A DNA stretch of 64,000 nucleotides from Oikopleura dioica (lineage: Eukaryota > Animalia > Chordata). Location of the stretch: NCBI GenBank assembly GCA_907165135.1, contig OU015567.1:15562001-15626000 (forward strand), read 5' to 3'. Below the pieces are notes generated by a model that was not told the origin of the DNA, did not search any database, and saw only the letters and a program-made list of their open reading frames with translations. Within the stretch, counting starts at the first letter, position 1; every line of letters starts with the position of its first letter. Made by a program: the position numbers and the translations under genes. Positions 24,501 to 37,744 of this stretch are shown piece after piece.

Positions 24501-27302
24501 AAGAACCTTTTTTATGGTTTCTACTTAGTAAAAATTTTCTTATTAATGATTCTAGCTCATTAAAATTGAACTCAAAACATAATTAAATAAAAATAAACAG
24601 TTCTGATTTTTAATTACGATATCCACCTTCGCCAATTATGCATTTATTTTGCAATCAGCGCTCAAAAGCTTATTCAAAAACATCCTGCTTATTTGACTAT
24701 CATCAAAAACGAGCGAAAAGAAACACACAATAAAAGCTAATCGTATCAGAGTAAGACAAGCATGTTAAGATCCTGCTGCCAGTGTTCTTATTCTTCTTAC
24801 TGTCGTTTTTCGTCGCGTTGGTGGCGGCGATCTACAGATTGGTTTATACGATGATTATCAAGTTCAGACTCACGCAGAGGTTCAGACGGTCTGCCAGACA
24901 TAATTTCAGGTAAACTTTATTCTATCTCTGGCCCCGTTATGAGGGCTAACCCTAACCCTAACCCCAAAATATGGACCACTGATTGGCCAGTAGGGCGAAT
25001 ACGGGCTTCTGATTGGTTAAAAATTTTTAAGAAAATTTGTCGCTAAGCGTTTTTCGCTTCCTAACACAAGCCTGGTCTTAAGGGTATGGTACTTATTAAT
25101 TTTGAATCAAGGATTTTGGATTGATATCTTTAATATTATCAGGTATATTTTGAGAAGAATTGAATAAATGATTAATTGCCTGTTGAAGATTTTGTTTTGT
25201 CAGATCTAATAATCAACTGTAATACTGGATTAAGGGGGTGGTGGTCGAGAATATTTTTTTCGACTTTTTGAAATTTTGATTTTATTTTTGAATTCCTCGA
25301 TAAAAAAAGAATATTTTTGGTTCCTACCATTTTTTGATTGGATCAACTTTTCTTTAGAAAATATCGATTTTAAGTCGGGAATTCACGATTTTACGAAACT
25401 TTGAAATTTGATTTTCTGTACCAAAACCGATATTAACATGATTTTTGCTGCGAGATATTGTTAAAATAAATGATTTTACTCAAAAAAGGGCAATAATTGA
25501 CAATACTTGTAATTTTTTTGAAAATTTAAGTTCAAATTGGGTGAAAAATGACGATTTTTAAGAAAACAATTTTTTTAAATCAGCTTCTTTGACCTCAAAA
25601 TGTAAAAGAACATTTCTGAAACTATTTTGCCAACACGCCAAAGGGTCTGAACTATCTTCACAATAAATTTAATTTCGAAAAAAATTTAAGGGTTTCCTCA
25701 CAATTTTGTCAAGAGATAGGTCCACTTTAGAAGCATAATTTGAGCGTTTTCCGAAATTTTTTTTTTTTAAAACTAAGTCGCCAACATAATTTGAACCCTT
25801 TTAAACCTATTTTCGTTGAGAACAGAAAAATTTTTTTTTGAAAAATTTTGATTTAATTTTGTTGAAAAAAATCCGATTCTCGACCACCACCCCCTTAAGT
25901 AATAGAATTTATGCAACAATTTTGATGCGTTAGAAATTGTATTGCTAGTCATAATGAAAAAGATGTTCATTTTTATATATCGAATAATAATCCAAGTGAC
26001 TGTACTTTTTTGCTCATAAAACATGAAGTGACATGTATTTTAGCTGTTTTGTCAATTTATTTTTTCATAAGACAAACGTTTTTCAACAAGTTAATTTTCA
26101 AAAAGAATGTTTTTAAAAAGGACTCGCCGTGTTTTGAGAGGAAGTTTATCTTGGTCTACTGGCATCATCTATTTATTTTTTTGCTTACTTTCGGTCATTT
26201 TCCTTTTTTGCGATAGAGTTTCTTTTGAATAAGTTATGAATCAGCTGGAGCATATGCAGTAGCTCTCATTCTCTCTCTCGAGGCCACTTGCGACGGGTAG
26301 TGTTTAGGGGACCGCTCAGAATGTCTAAATTCTAGCGTAAAAGCGCGCTACAGCTATTGAAAGCAAAGCTCGTTAATTGCCATCTCGTTCAGTCAAAAAG
26401 AGGGCCACGGTTTCTCTTTCGCTCAAAATCACGGGCACTTGGACTGGCTCTTCTTTTTCGAAGGAACAGTTGCTATTTTGAGGCGATTTTAGAGAGCGAT
26501 TGTTTCGAAAAGAAACATCTGCTTTTCGCCGGAAAAAAAACTAAGTGACGGCGAAAAAGTTCAAATTCTAAAGAAAACATTCAGTGGTGATACCCTTATT
26601 TTTCTGAATCAAAAGAAAGATCGAAATCAAATCATATTATTTTGCGGCTTAAAATTTAAAATTTCCAAAATTTTTTGTCGAAATTGAAAAATTAAGAAGC
26701 AACATTTTCAAAGCGACAAAATAGTTGTTGCAAATCGAATTTTTGCGGCAATTTTTTAGAAAAAATTATCGAAATTTCGGACTTGAGTTTTCAAAAAAGT
26801 AGCTTTTGGTTGGATCTTTCTTTGACGAAGAAAATGAAGGGCGTCACTAAGTTAAATTCTTGAGAAAAGAATCTTCGCAAAATCTTATTTTCAAACCTAT
26901 TTTTCAGACCGATTTGACCCTATTTTTCCCCGTAAATAATTAACAAAAAACCTCCAGTCTGAAAAAGAAAAACATCATTTTCGATCCCCAGAGAGAAAAT
27001 TAAATGCGATCGAGATTCGATTCGATTCGATTCTGGGAACGTTCTTTTGGGTTTGGCTCATTAGCTCACCACAGAGTTCGTCCAACTGTTTCAAAGCCAT
27101 TAACCCGGTCCCGCGAGGCAATCGCATTAACGCTTCTGTGCAACGGTTAAGCAACAAAAACCAATTTTCTCCTTTTTTCAGAAGCGATGGAAACTCGGCC
27201 CCGCCTTATCCATTTATGGAAGAACCGCCATCTTACATTTCCTTGTTTCCTGCTTCCTGTCCACAGGTAAGACCAGCTCTTTGGCTTGGGGTTATTAACT
27301 GA
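21578..27302 (+). CDS. Putative single-pass membrane protein with cytoplasmic PPxY motifs (multi-exon, middle exons uncertain)
   Basis: Exon 21578-21665 (GA donor) joins in phase to 22183-22265 (GDPLCSSGK...). TM exon 24770-24909 (ILLPVFLFFLLSFFVALVAAIY) joins in phase 2 to 27182- (RSDGNSAPPYPFMEEPPSYISL). Confidence 0.6.
25234..25894. mobile_element. 661-bp TTAA-flanked MITE (TIR GGGGGTGGTGGTCGAGAAT)
   Basis: TTAA at 25230-33 and 25895-98; perfect 19-bp TIR. Confidence 0.9.
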
Positions 27303-29415
27303 TGACGCAAATAACTGATGAAGCAATAAGACCTGATTAAGCAATTTTAAACCTGTCCTTGGGGACATATAGATTTGAATGTTTCTAACTCTGAATTATA
27401 ATTTACAACTAAATAGACTTTTATTAAAAAAATAAAGATTAGCCGCTTGCGGCTAGGTGGTGTCAGGAACCGACAAAAAGTCGACAAATTTGCGTGGGCG
27501 GCTATTCGGCTGCTGATTGGCCGGTTCGCCGAATCCAGGCTTCTGATTGGTTGAAAAATTCTACGCGAAATTTGTTTTCTACAACCAATCAGACGCTTGG
27601 ATTCGGCGAACCGGCCAATAAGCAGCCGAATAGCCGCCAGCGGAAAATTTGTCGAAATTATTTTTCGGTTCCAGACACCACCCCTTTTTTAATGAACTAT
27701 TTTGTTTATTTTTTATATTGATGTGTATTCAAATATGTTTTAATAAATAAAAATTTTTTTATAACGGAAAGAGGTTTTTTTATAAAAGAAAATCGATGAT
27801 CTCCGCGGTATTAAATATTTTCGGACAAAAAGCCGCGCGCGGCTTCTCTTAAATGAAGATTTCTAAAGCTGCTTTTATCGTGTTTCTTCGAGTCCCTTGA
27901 AGAACATAGATGTCATTTAGACAGAATTAGACAGTTAAAAGGATGAGTAGCGATAAATCTTCGAGGTAGGCAATTTGGGACTCGAGATAAGCCTTTTGTC
28001 TCAAAAGTTCTGAAGAGACGTTTTTTAGAAAGCTTCGGCCGCGGTTCAACCCGGTCGGCTAAGAAAAACAGGCGTTAATTTTGAGAATCGAAAAATTGAA
28101 AAATTGGAAAATTGAAAAATTGCGCGTTTCAAAATTTTTAAAATCGAATTGATCTTTCGGAAGGTGTCCGTCCGCGCCGATGTCAAATGTCAAGAGCAAA
28201 AGAGTTTTGAGTCGAGTGGCAGTTTCCAGTTGCCGGAGCCACACTTTTCTCAATTTGATTGAGTGAGCAGATCAAATTTATCGAATTTGGCTCAGCCGCC
28301 GCCCAATTTGCCGGAAACCGCTCCTCCACGGATCTCGCTACTTTCGAAAGCGAATGTTCAATTTTCGAGGGAGATAGATTTGATCGAAGAAAACGCAAGT
28401 GTGTCGCGTTGTTCCGAGAAAATTTATAAGATTCTGAATTCCAAAAAAGATCTCCAAGTAATTTGTTCGAATTATTTTTAAATTGCCCACCAGGTGGCGC
28501 TTTTTGTATAAAACCGATCAATCAAATCATGAATAGGAGTATTTTCTATTAAAAGTGGATTCAGACTGTAAAAGACCTTGTAATATTGCGGCTATTCTCG
28601 CTAGGAACGTAAGAAGCCGCGCGCGGCTTTTTGAGAAAGCGGCTTTTTGACATACATTTTTGGAAAAGCCGCAAGCGGCTTGATTCGACGAAAACTGTGT
28701 GAAAACCCTTAGTCAGGGTAAAAAAGAGCTTATTTTTAAAAAGCTTTGTCGCGGCTTTTGCAAAAATATAGCCGCTAAGCGGCTTCCTCAGTATTTTAAA
28801 AACAGATTTAAAAGCTTATTTTGACTGCTTCAAATCCTGACTCAGGTTTTTCACAAAGGGTTTTTCTTATTTTTTTTGAGTCAGGAGAAATTATCTATTC
28901 TTTGAACTGAAAAATTAAAAAATTATCCTCTTGAAATCGAGACATTTTGATATTTTTCTCAGCGATAAAGTTCGACAAGTTGATTCGCAAGTTTTAATTT
29001 TAGCAAAAAAATTCGAATTTCGCGAAAATCAAAATCGCCGCGAAATAGTTTCGCGTCATCAATTGCATCTTATCTTGACGCGCATTAATTGTAGCCTGGC
29101 GTCATTGCGAACATGGCCACAGCGCAAATGTCTCACGATGTCGACGGACGGCCGCCGTGCTGCTCGCCCTTGCCGCCCGCCGAGATTCATGCGCATCCGC
29201 ATCTGCCAGTGATACCTGCTAATCTCGCCCGCAACGATCATGTGATAAAGGTAAACATACTCACGTTAAAGTTCGTTTGATACAGTTCAATTTCGAAGAT
29301 TGATACCAAATCTTTATTTTTCATTATTTCGGTAAGGACAGAAAAAACAAAAACAGCAGTTTTCGATATTTTTCTTGTTTTGTTTTTGTAATTTGTACAG
29401 ACAAAATGTACAGAG

Positions 29416-30377
29416 TTATTTCAAAATTGTAATATTCCAGCGAACGTAATGATTACATCCTTCGAGTTCAACCATTCCTCTTGAATCCGGCGTCAACTTC
29501 TTTGCCGAGTTGTAGATCTTCCCATGAACATTCATCTCGTCCGCTTCGGCTTGAAAGTCGACGCGTTTTCCTTAAAAATAAAAATCTCAAATTTAACAAT
29601 CGATACCATTGAAAGTTATCCACATTTTCCAAAAGCCGTCGCCGCCGAAGTCTTCGAGCCTCGATCGATGTACGATTGTCCAGCCAGCTTCCGTCAGTCT
29701 TAAATTTTCGCCAGCATAAAACTTTTTTTGGATGAAATTCGCGTCGAAACAAAAATAAAAAAAGCTAAAGAGGCGATTTTATCCAATTCCTTCAAATTAA
29801 ATTTCGTAAAGCCGGCAGCCATTCCTTTGAGCACTCTTCGCACAGCGTTTTCGTCGTGGGCAAGTCGGAATTCGCGGGAATCAAGCTCGTAGAAATTCCC
29901 GAATCCATGTTTTGCAGGAAATTCGAAAACATTGCGAATAATTTCCAGTTGAGCAGCAGATTTTTTCATTTCGTCAAACTCATTTTCGGCTCTTTCCTTC
30001 AAAAATTTCAGCTTTTTAATTTCTCCCTCTAGTTTCTTCGTGAAAGATTCAGTTGTTTTTTGAACCTCTTCGATCTGAAAATCGCGCTCCTGGTTTCCAA
30101 GATTCGAATTCTCTTTGAAAGACTCAAGTTCAGCAACTCGTTTTTCCAGCTCATCATTTTTCGCCTTCAATTCATTTTTCTCTTTCTCCAAAGCACGGAA
30201 ATCAAATGCCAGGCTTCGGAAAGTCTCGTTGTCTTTTTCCAGCTTTTCGACTCGATCAAAAATCGATTTCAATGTTGAATCATCAATTTTCCTGCTGTTC
30301 TCGGTAGAATTCTTCCCTTTGTTTTTGTAGTAGCTACTTCCGAGAGAGCTTTCAGATTGTTGGTCAGCGTTCTGCAT
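29416..30377 (-). CDS. Kinase-less family member K3: coiled coil + VRWNI domain (3 exons)
   Basis: The 225-aa ORF (long coiled coil, HGFGNFYELDS...AVRRVLKGMAAGFTKFNLK) splices via a GA-AG and a GT-AG intron to FYAGENL...WKMWITFNG and KRVDFQAEAD...YVRWNITILK*. No kinase motifs were found upstream. Confidence 0.85.
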
Positions 30378-30969
30378 TTTTCAAAGATAAATGGTTTATC
30401 GCTAGATCTCTTAATTAATATTGAAAAAACCAGAATTCTCAGATTTTTTGGGAAAGCAAATAGACTTGCTACTAACATTGCAAACAGTCAAATAGCAGCA
30501 GACTGCTGAGCTGCATCGAATAAAGTAAACAGTGATTATATGAGCTAGGCAACCTGTGCAGAAGAACCAAGTCAGACTTATTTAATGACAATCCGCATCT
30601 TCATTCTTTTTGAAAAAGCCGCAAGCGGTTTCTTTCACGATTCATCTTCGTACCCTGAAATTTTATTTGTTACGGGAAGTTTATTGTTTACGGGCCGAGA
30701 ATAATTAGAAGCGACTAATTTTCGCGAGAACGGTTTACGCAAAAACAATATCTCACTTTGTTGTGCTTGCTTGAATGTGTGTTTCCTAAACTGAGAATTC
30801 AAGAGGCAGTGTGCACCTATCACATACATGTTCGTAACGATCAATGAATAAAGGAGCTAAAACGGGGGAATTCGGGGAGGAAAAACTAAGTGCTTTTCCG
30901 GAAAAAACTAAAAGTTCATTTTTTAATAACGAGATCGAGGAACTATGTCCATTTCATTTTATCACTTTA

Positions 30970-31290
30970 AAAACCTGACTCAGGTTTTCTACACAGGCTC
31001 CAAAGCCTTGATCATAGCTTTCTCTACTGGGCACAGGAGCCTGTGTCAAAATCCTGAGTCAGGATCCTGACAAGATGATTTCTTATTTAACCTGTGTCAG
31101 GACCCTGACTCTGCCCTCGGCAACCTATATTTAAAACCTGAGTCGAGGCTTCGTTTTTTAAGATCCTGACTCAGGTTTCCTGGGATGTTTGCCGGATCCT
31201 GACTCAGGATTTGAAGACAGGCTCCTGAGCCCAGTTGAGGAAGCTATAATTTAGGCTCAGGAACCTGTGTAGAAGACCTGACTCAGGTTC
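30970..31290. mobile_element. Cluster of AP-1-site MITEs (CCTGTGTAGAAAACCTGA(G/C)TCAGG family); related pieces at 9326-9350, 12603-12678, 28693-28860, 36375-36405, 36805-36830 and 63085-63175
   Basis: The terminal motif recurs in inverted pairs; there are five perfect TGA(C/G)TCA sites in this cluster. Confidence 0.75.
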
Positions 31291-32832
31291 TGAAAATGAT
31301 AGAATTAAAATGGACTTTGCGGTATTTTTTTCAAAACGCTAAAATAACCACTTAATTTTATTTTATTCAGGCAATTTTTTTTCTTCTTTGGTGAAAATAG
31401 AAGGTTCATTTTTCGACCCTCTGTTTGCTGACTTATCGCATTTTGGCCGGGCTGTGTGTCCGACTGGGCGTTTTAAAAACGGTCAATTATCATAATTCGA
31501 GCGAGATATTTGAAATGCCGGCTCCATTCTTGCGCAAATAACATTTCGAGATCTTGAGCTGTCTTGGCTTTTTTCTTTCACGTGGCTAATGCTCAGTGCA
31601 GTTTCTTGCGGTCTTATAAAGGGCTGGACTGAAGAGATAAATAAATTTAGACATTCTAGCGCATAATTTAGAAATTCATTGCTTTAGAAAATAGTTGTTT
31701 TCTAAATGAACTTTGGGTCAAATTTTTAAGGGTGTAGACAGCTTAATCTTGATTTTGATGAAGACATAACAAAGTGACACCCTTATTCTTTTGATTCTTA
31801 AAATTTAAAATAATTTATTTAAATATTTTTAAAATATTTTATTTTAAATATTTTTTTTAGAAAAATAAGGGTGTCCCTTTGTTATTTCTTCAAGAAAAAT
31901 ACAGCTCATTTTAACGATTTTATTGCAAAATTTCGATTTTTCTGAACACATCATCCATTAATGATTTTGATCTTTTTTAAGACTCTTCGTTTTTACGACA
32001 AATCCGACTTTTACACGCACATCTCTTTAGCTTTTTGAACAGTCAGCTTCGTTAAATGAACACTTTTTCTAAAACCGACCTGCTGATTAATTTTCTGATG
32101 AGCTGGCTTTGCGGCTGATTTTCAACAACCGCTGTATTTTTTTAGCTGGAGCAAAAACCAAGTTCATAACTGAGCAAATCTAAATATTTTTTCATCAATT
32201 TATTTCAGGTGAAAGAAGAAGCAACCGAGCGAAAACGAACGTATACTTTTTAATTTATCCACCCTGCAAAATTCTCTTCAAATAAACATATTATCTTTTT
32301 CCCTATTTTGAATTCTAATTCAATTATAATTGGACTTTATTTTAGCTCAACCCAGAGAAGCATCATTTTTCAACTAAAAAAGGCAGCTTTTATTGACGAT
32401 GCAAAATTGACGGTCTATTTTTGACATGCTATTATTTTAGATAAAACGGTTAAATAATAGATTTTCGAGAATTTTATAAAACCACTTCATATCGGAGAAA
32501 AAATAATTGAAAAAATTACGAAAATTTCCATTTATTTGGCAACATACGCGCAGAAAGGTTAAGCTTGCTTTTTGATTTGATAAGTCGCCCTTAATTTTGA
32601 GTCAAAAATCTGTGTTTTAGGGGGGAGAGAATTGACATTGTAGAAATTTTTCGACACAAAAATTTTAGGAAATTTCGGACCAATCAGCCCGTTTTTGGTC
32701 AAAAATCTGGGTCTTTTAGTTTTTGGTCAAAATTGGCACTTTTGAACTTAAATAATTTCAACTTAAAATAGTCATCATGACAATAATAAACTAAAGTAAA
32801 TAAGAGATCGATACCCTTACTTCATGTTTTAA

Positions 32833-33518
32833 GGGATCCCCCCTGTTTTTTCAAGTCTTTCATAGGGGGTTATATTTGGCATATTTAGATTCCTCGTGAT
32901 CTGAGGATCATTTTGGTGTATAATATGACCCCTTTACGAACATCTATCCCTGAAATTTTAGCCTTCGAAAATTGCAAAAATGCATGTAATTTATACTTCG
33001 CGTAAAAATCGGAATTTTTTTCGACTTTTCAATAACATCGAAATATGACATATAAGGGGTCTATCGAAAGCTTAGAATGTGCTGATTAAGAATTTTATAA
33101 CCGCACTAGACTTTTAGACTAAATGTTGGCGCTAGAGAGCATTTTACCTCCAAAAAACGCCAAAAATGGACCCAATCGGTTGTTCTAAAGAAAATTTTTT
33201 AATTACTCGGCCAAATTATTTCTCTGTACTAGAGATTTAAGATAAGGCCTTGGCCTATCAAAATATAGTCGGAGATGGTGTCTATCTAAGCCCAAATCGG
33301 CTGAATTTCGACTCAAAAATGGCCTAAAATGGCCTTTTTTCGAAATTCTCGAACTTTGGCCCCTCCTAGTGGTAGGTTTGCCTTGACCAAAAAACTTCTC
33401 TGTACTAGAGAATAGCGGATACCACCTGAGCTTTCCGTAGAGCTATTGTATGCCCCAATACATAAGCGCAAATCGGCTGAATTTCCAGTCAAAGATGGCC
33501 AAAACGGGGGGGGATCCC
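32833..33518. mobile_element. 686-bp TTAA-flanked MITE (TIR GGGATCCCCCC)
   Basis: TTAA at 32829-32 and 33519-22. It shares TCTGAGGATCATTT and termini with 43207-43855. Confidence 0.85.
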
Positions 33519-34011
33519 TTAATTACTTGGTTAGCTTATGAGTCATAAGTAATGGCATAAAAAATATTGTTTGAAAAGAAGTTTTACTAAGAAGACGTCC
33601 GAAAATGTCCGACTTTAAAAAAATCGTCTAATGAAATCGAAGAGTGATACGTTTGAGAAGCGGCGGCGGTAAAAAAAGTGGAAATCGGGGTCTTAGCGAG
33701 AAAGCCGGCGACAAAGAAGCAGATCAACAGAGAAGTACTGTTGACGAGGCGGCGAGATTGAGTTTCCGCCCAAAGAGAAACAAAGCTCTAAGTTGAGCCA
33801 GAAGAAGGAATTCGACAGCTGGAACGGATCAGCCACGGGATCGCTTTCACGTAGCCGGGAAAGAACGAGGTTTTTGGAGAATAATTGTTTTGTTAAAAAT
33901 AATCAAAAAAAAATTTGAAAAACGATTTTATTTAGTTCTTGCTTTCACACGTCATTTATTTCAAAAGATAAATCAAATAAAACAGTCGGGATTTATTAAA
34001 AATGTACAGAA

Positions 34012-35844
34012 TCAGTTGAGAAGTTTAATATTCCAGCGGACATAAGACCATGTGCCTTTGACTTTTACCATTCCTTCTTGATCCGGCGTCAATTTTTTCG
34101 CCGAGTTCTTGATCGTCCCATCATTATTGGCAATAGAGTCCGCGTCGGCTCGAAAGTCGACGCGTTTTCCTAAAAAATAAAAGTCTCAAATTCTGCAATC
34201 AATACCTTTGAAAAGAATGCACATTTTCCAGAAGCCGTCGCCGCCGCAGTGTTTGCTCCACGATTGATGTCGAATCGTCCATCTAGCTTCGGTCACTTCT
34301 AAATTTTTCTCGTAATGAAACTTAATTTTGGGTGAAAATCGCGTCCAAACAAAAATCTAAAAATTAATAAATGCGATTTTATCTAATTCCTTCAAATTGA
34401 ATTCCGTAAAGCCAGCCGCCATTGCTTTGAGGACTCGTCGAACTGCAGCTTCGTCGTGGTGTTGTCGGACAGATTGAGAGTCGACGCCGTTGTAAAATCC
34501 AAATCCAATTTCCCATAGATTTCTGGCGTTGTGATGATCAAGATAAAATTTCTCGAAAAAACTGCATCTCTTCGTAATTTTCTCAATTTTATCGCTTTTC
34601 TCAATATTCTCGTTGTTCAAATGCTCGCTGATTACTTCCGTCGTTTCGACCCGATTCTTCCCAAAAACCAAGTCCTTAGGCCGAATTCGATTTTGAAGCT
34701 GTTTGATCAAACTGACAATTGAGCGATGATTCGTCAAAGCTGCTGCGTTTGCTGCTCTTTCTCCGGGGTCAATTTTGAGACAATCTTGGATCAGACTTTC
34801 CATCGCCGGGAAAACTACTTCTGCCGGATTTCGCAGGTTTTGGGCGATATTGTTCATCGTTTGGAGCAAATTTCGTGTCGCGAAGGGATGTCTTTTTTTG
34901 TTTCATCAAAAATTAATAAGCTGAAACGGCTTTTAAGAAGAGAAAACAAGTCCTGAAGGTGCAGAGCATTTGAAAAACGATTCCCATCGCCCAAACATCA
35001 TGCCCAAAAGTAACATTCTCATCTCCTTGGCCCTGAAGACTCTCTGGAGGAAGAAATTCCATCGATCCAGCCACACCGGTATTCATAGTTCCTTCAAACA
35101 GTCGGGAAACGTTGAAGTCCGCGATCTTCACCTAAAAGTTAAAATAAATAAAGGCTTTTAGACGGTAGCATACGAGTTTCTGATCTTCAGAAAGCAGTAT
35201 GTTCTCGGGCTTGATGTCTCGATGGATGATATTTTCACCATGAATGTATTCTGAAAACTCTTAAAAATCGTTATCATATTTTGTCAGTTACTCATAGCAA
35301 GAACAAGCTGCGCTGAAATTCCAAGAGCATCGTTTTCGACCCATTCTTCCTCGTTTTCTCCCCATTCTAAATAAAGTAAAGAGGCATTTTGATTGAAAAA
35401 CTCACCATTTTCAAGCATTTTCTGGAGAAAAGTCGCCAAATCTCCACCTGGCATGTATTCCAAAATCAAGCCATGGTAAGGAAGATTGTCTGGAGACGTA
35501 AAACTCATGTTGTCGAGAAGTTTTACCACGTGGGGGTGGTCTTTTTCAGGGCTAAAACTGGTCACTTTTAGAAAAAGAAGGCTCCTGTTAATCATTTTCG
35601 CCTATTCCTAGTCGATTGAGAAGGTTGACTTCCTGATTTGCATCTTGCTTTTGTTTTTCATCAAAAAGCGCGATTCCTTTCAGCATTTTCAGCTCGTTCC
35701 CTATTTTCAAATTTCAAATTTTCAGCACTTTTCATCCGACTAACCATTTTCAAGATCCTCAACGACCCAGTAAATTTTGCCATCTCTGGGCGGCTTTAGC
35801 TCTCGAATCGCCTTGTATCTTTCGTTTATCACAAAGTTTTCCAT
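34012..35844 (-). CDS. Ser/Thr kinase-coiled coil-VRWNI domain protein K4 (9 exons)
   Basis: [17 protein letters not shown]..., [35 protein letters not shown]..., ...[10 protein letters not shown]. Intron positions match K1, K2 and K5. Confidence 0.85.
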
Positions 35845-37094
35845 GATTGAATTACAGTTAGAAGCAGAGAAACTGTATTTTGAAATGCGATCGGTCGCCG
35901 GGAACGTATTTGCATCTCATGAGCAAATATTGGTCAGAAGCAATTTTCCCTTTTCGAAAAATGGAAACGTGAGAATTATGTTTTTTAATTGTGTCACATT
36001 TTCGGCGAACAGGTCTGTCTTGCTGTCTGCTCTTTTTTAGACGCCGCGGTCGTTATCGCAAACAGCTGAGCTGTTAGATGATTGCGAGATCTCATAATAG
36101 GGAAATGATTTTTTATAATTATCGAAACGTGACTAGTTCAAACATAAAAACCGCTTATCCGAACAGAGATTGAAGTCTTTATTTTTCATTTTTATCCAAT
36201 ACAACTGATTTTACAGACAAGAGAATGTAGTTTTGAAACAGTTTTTTCAAGTTCGCATATTTTTTTTACAGAAATGGCGATTTTCGCTAATTTAAACATT
36301 TTTTAATAAAATTATTTCGCGAAAAAATTATCAAAATACTTAATTAACATGATGTTAGATCAGAAAAAAATCAGGTTTGAGTCAGTTTTTCTACACAAGT
36401 TTTCGAGCCTTGCATTAGTCTTCAAGTGAATTAATTGTTACAAAATAAAGCTGATCATTTTTTCTAAAATATTCTTGTCAGAATAAGTGTCAAAATCAAC
36501 ACATTTCGTGATTAAAAAAAATATTGGTTAGTAAAGTACGGCCAACGTGCATGTCAAGTCGAGGTAAAAAAAAGGCTGACGGCTGGAGTGCGATTGCGGC
36601 CGTGGGAAAGTCACTCCTTTTGGTTTTTTTTTCGAGACTTCAGCTCGTCAAGATTTTAGAAAATCCCAGGCTCAGTTGATGTAGATTTATCCAACCGCCG
36701 GATAAATACAAATTGAGCAGCTGCTCACGCGGCTAGGGGAGTTATTTGATCGGATTAGTATCGAGAGACATGGGAACTCTGAGCTTTAAAAAAAGGCCAC
36801 AAAAAAGCCTGACTCAGGTTTTCTACACAGATTTCCAAGCCACAATCCTATTGATTCTTGCTTGAATTTCGCAACTTGGGAGATTCACTTGCTGGATTCT
36901 TGGAAATCGTTTGCAAAAAGGGGGAATGATTATTGACTTTTTCAATTTGTTGAGAGCGTGACACGACAAATAGGGCGCTTTGAAAATAACCAGTAATGAT
37001 GACTGTTGTTATAAACCCATTTTGGACGAGCATGATGTTGAGAACAACCCAGAAACAAATAGTTTTAATAAAAAATCATCAAGTTTATGAAAGA

Positions 37095-37187
37095 TGACTC
37101 ATTTATTGTGAGTCATAGATAATGATATAATTTTACCATGAGTCATAGTCTATGACTCGGAGAATGTGAGTCATACAGTATGAGTCA
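37095..37187. promoter_or_regulatory. Homotypic AP-1 (TGA(C/G)TCA) site cluster
   Basis: Perfect sites at 37095, 37109, 37139, 37167 and 37181, plus TGACTCG at 37153, within 93 bp. Confidence 0.6.
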
Positions 37188-37744
37188 AGATTCGCATCAA
37201 ATTTATCAAGAACCGCCTTTTTTATATAAAAAAAAATTGGCCGCCGCATGGTGGCGCTTTCTCTGTTCATGCTCCAACAAAATTTCAAGGAATAATCTTC
37301 CTTATTTCATTACTTTTATTTCGGTGTGTTTATTTGAGAAGGAACATGAGCTGTAAAATGAAATTAGAAAAACAGGGAATAAATTGGATTTATTTGTCGA
37401 CGAAGAACTGGCTCGGAACTGGGGAGCGGTTTAGCTTCTGATCTAAATTGAATCGCCCGTTCTGCGATAAAAGGCTTCGACTGAACGTGTTCCGGATTTC
37501 GAGATGCGAAGAAGCACGGAAGCGAGAGTGCGCCTTTCCAGGGCAGAGGGGATCAGCTTCGGCCACAAATGGACGGCTCAGCCAACCGAAAAACACCGCC
37601 GATAAGGTCAGAATTTAAGAGATTAAAATCTTGAACTAATGTTTTCGCTTTTGAACATCCAGGGAAAATTTTACTTTTTCTACATAAATAACCTTAAAAA
37701 TCGAGAAACCTCGAGATTCTTCAAATTTTGTTTTATCACCACTG

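Noticed and set aside
24946-24966. (CCCTAA)3 as a telomere or healed break
   Set aside because: Only 2-3 units; similar units elsewhere are parts of dispersed elements.
28183-28521. GC-richer minus-strand ORF; similar candidates at 3804-4030, 10667-10870, 33640-33800 and 51394-51588
   Set aside because: They may be exons, but I could not build an in-phase gene or recognise a domain.
29190-29320. Spliced minus-strand peptide ending ITGRCGCA*, resembling a TGF-beta C-terminus
   Set aside because: The other cystine-knot cysteines and a prodomain are absent; only about 30 aa.
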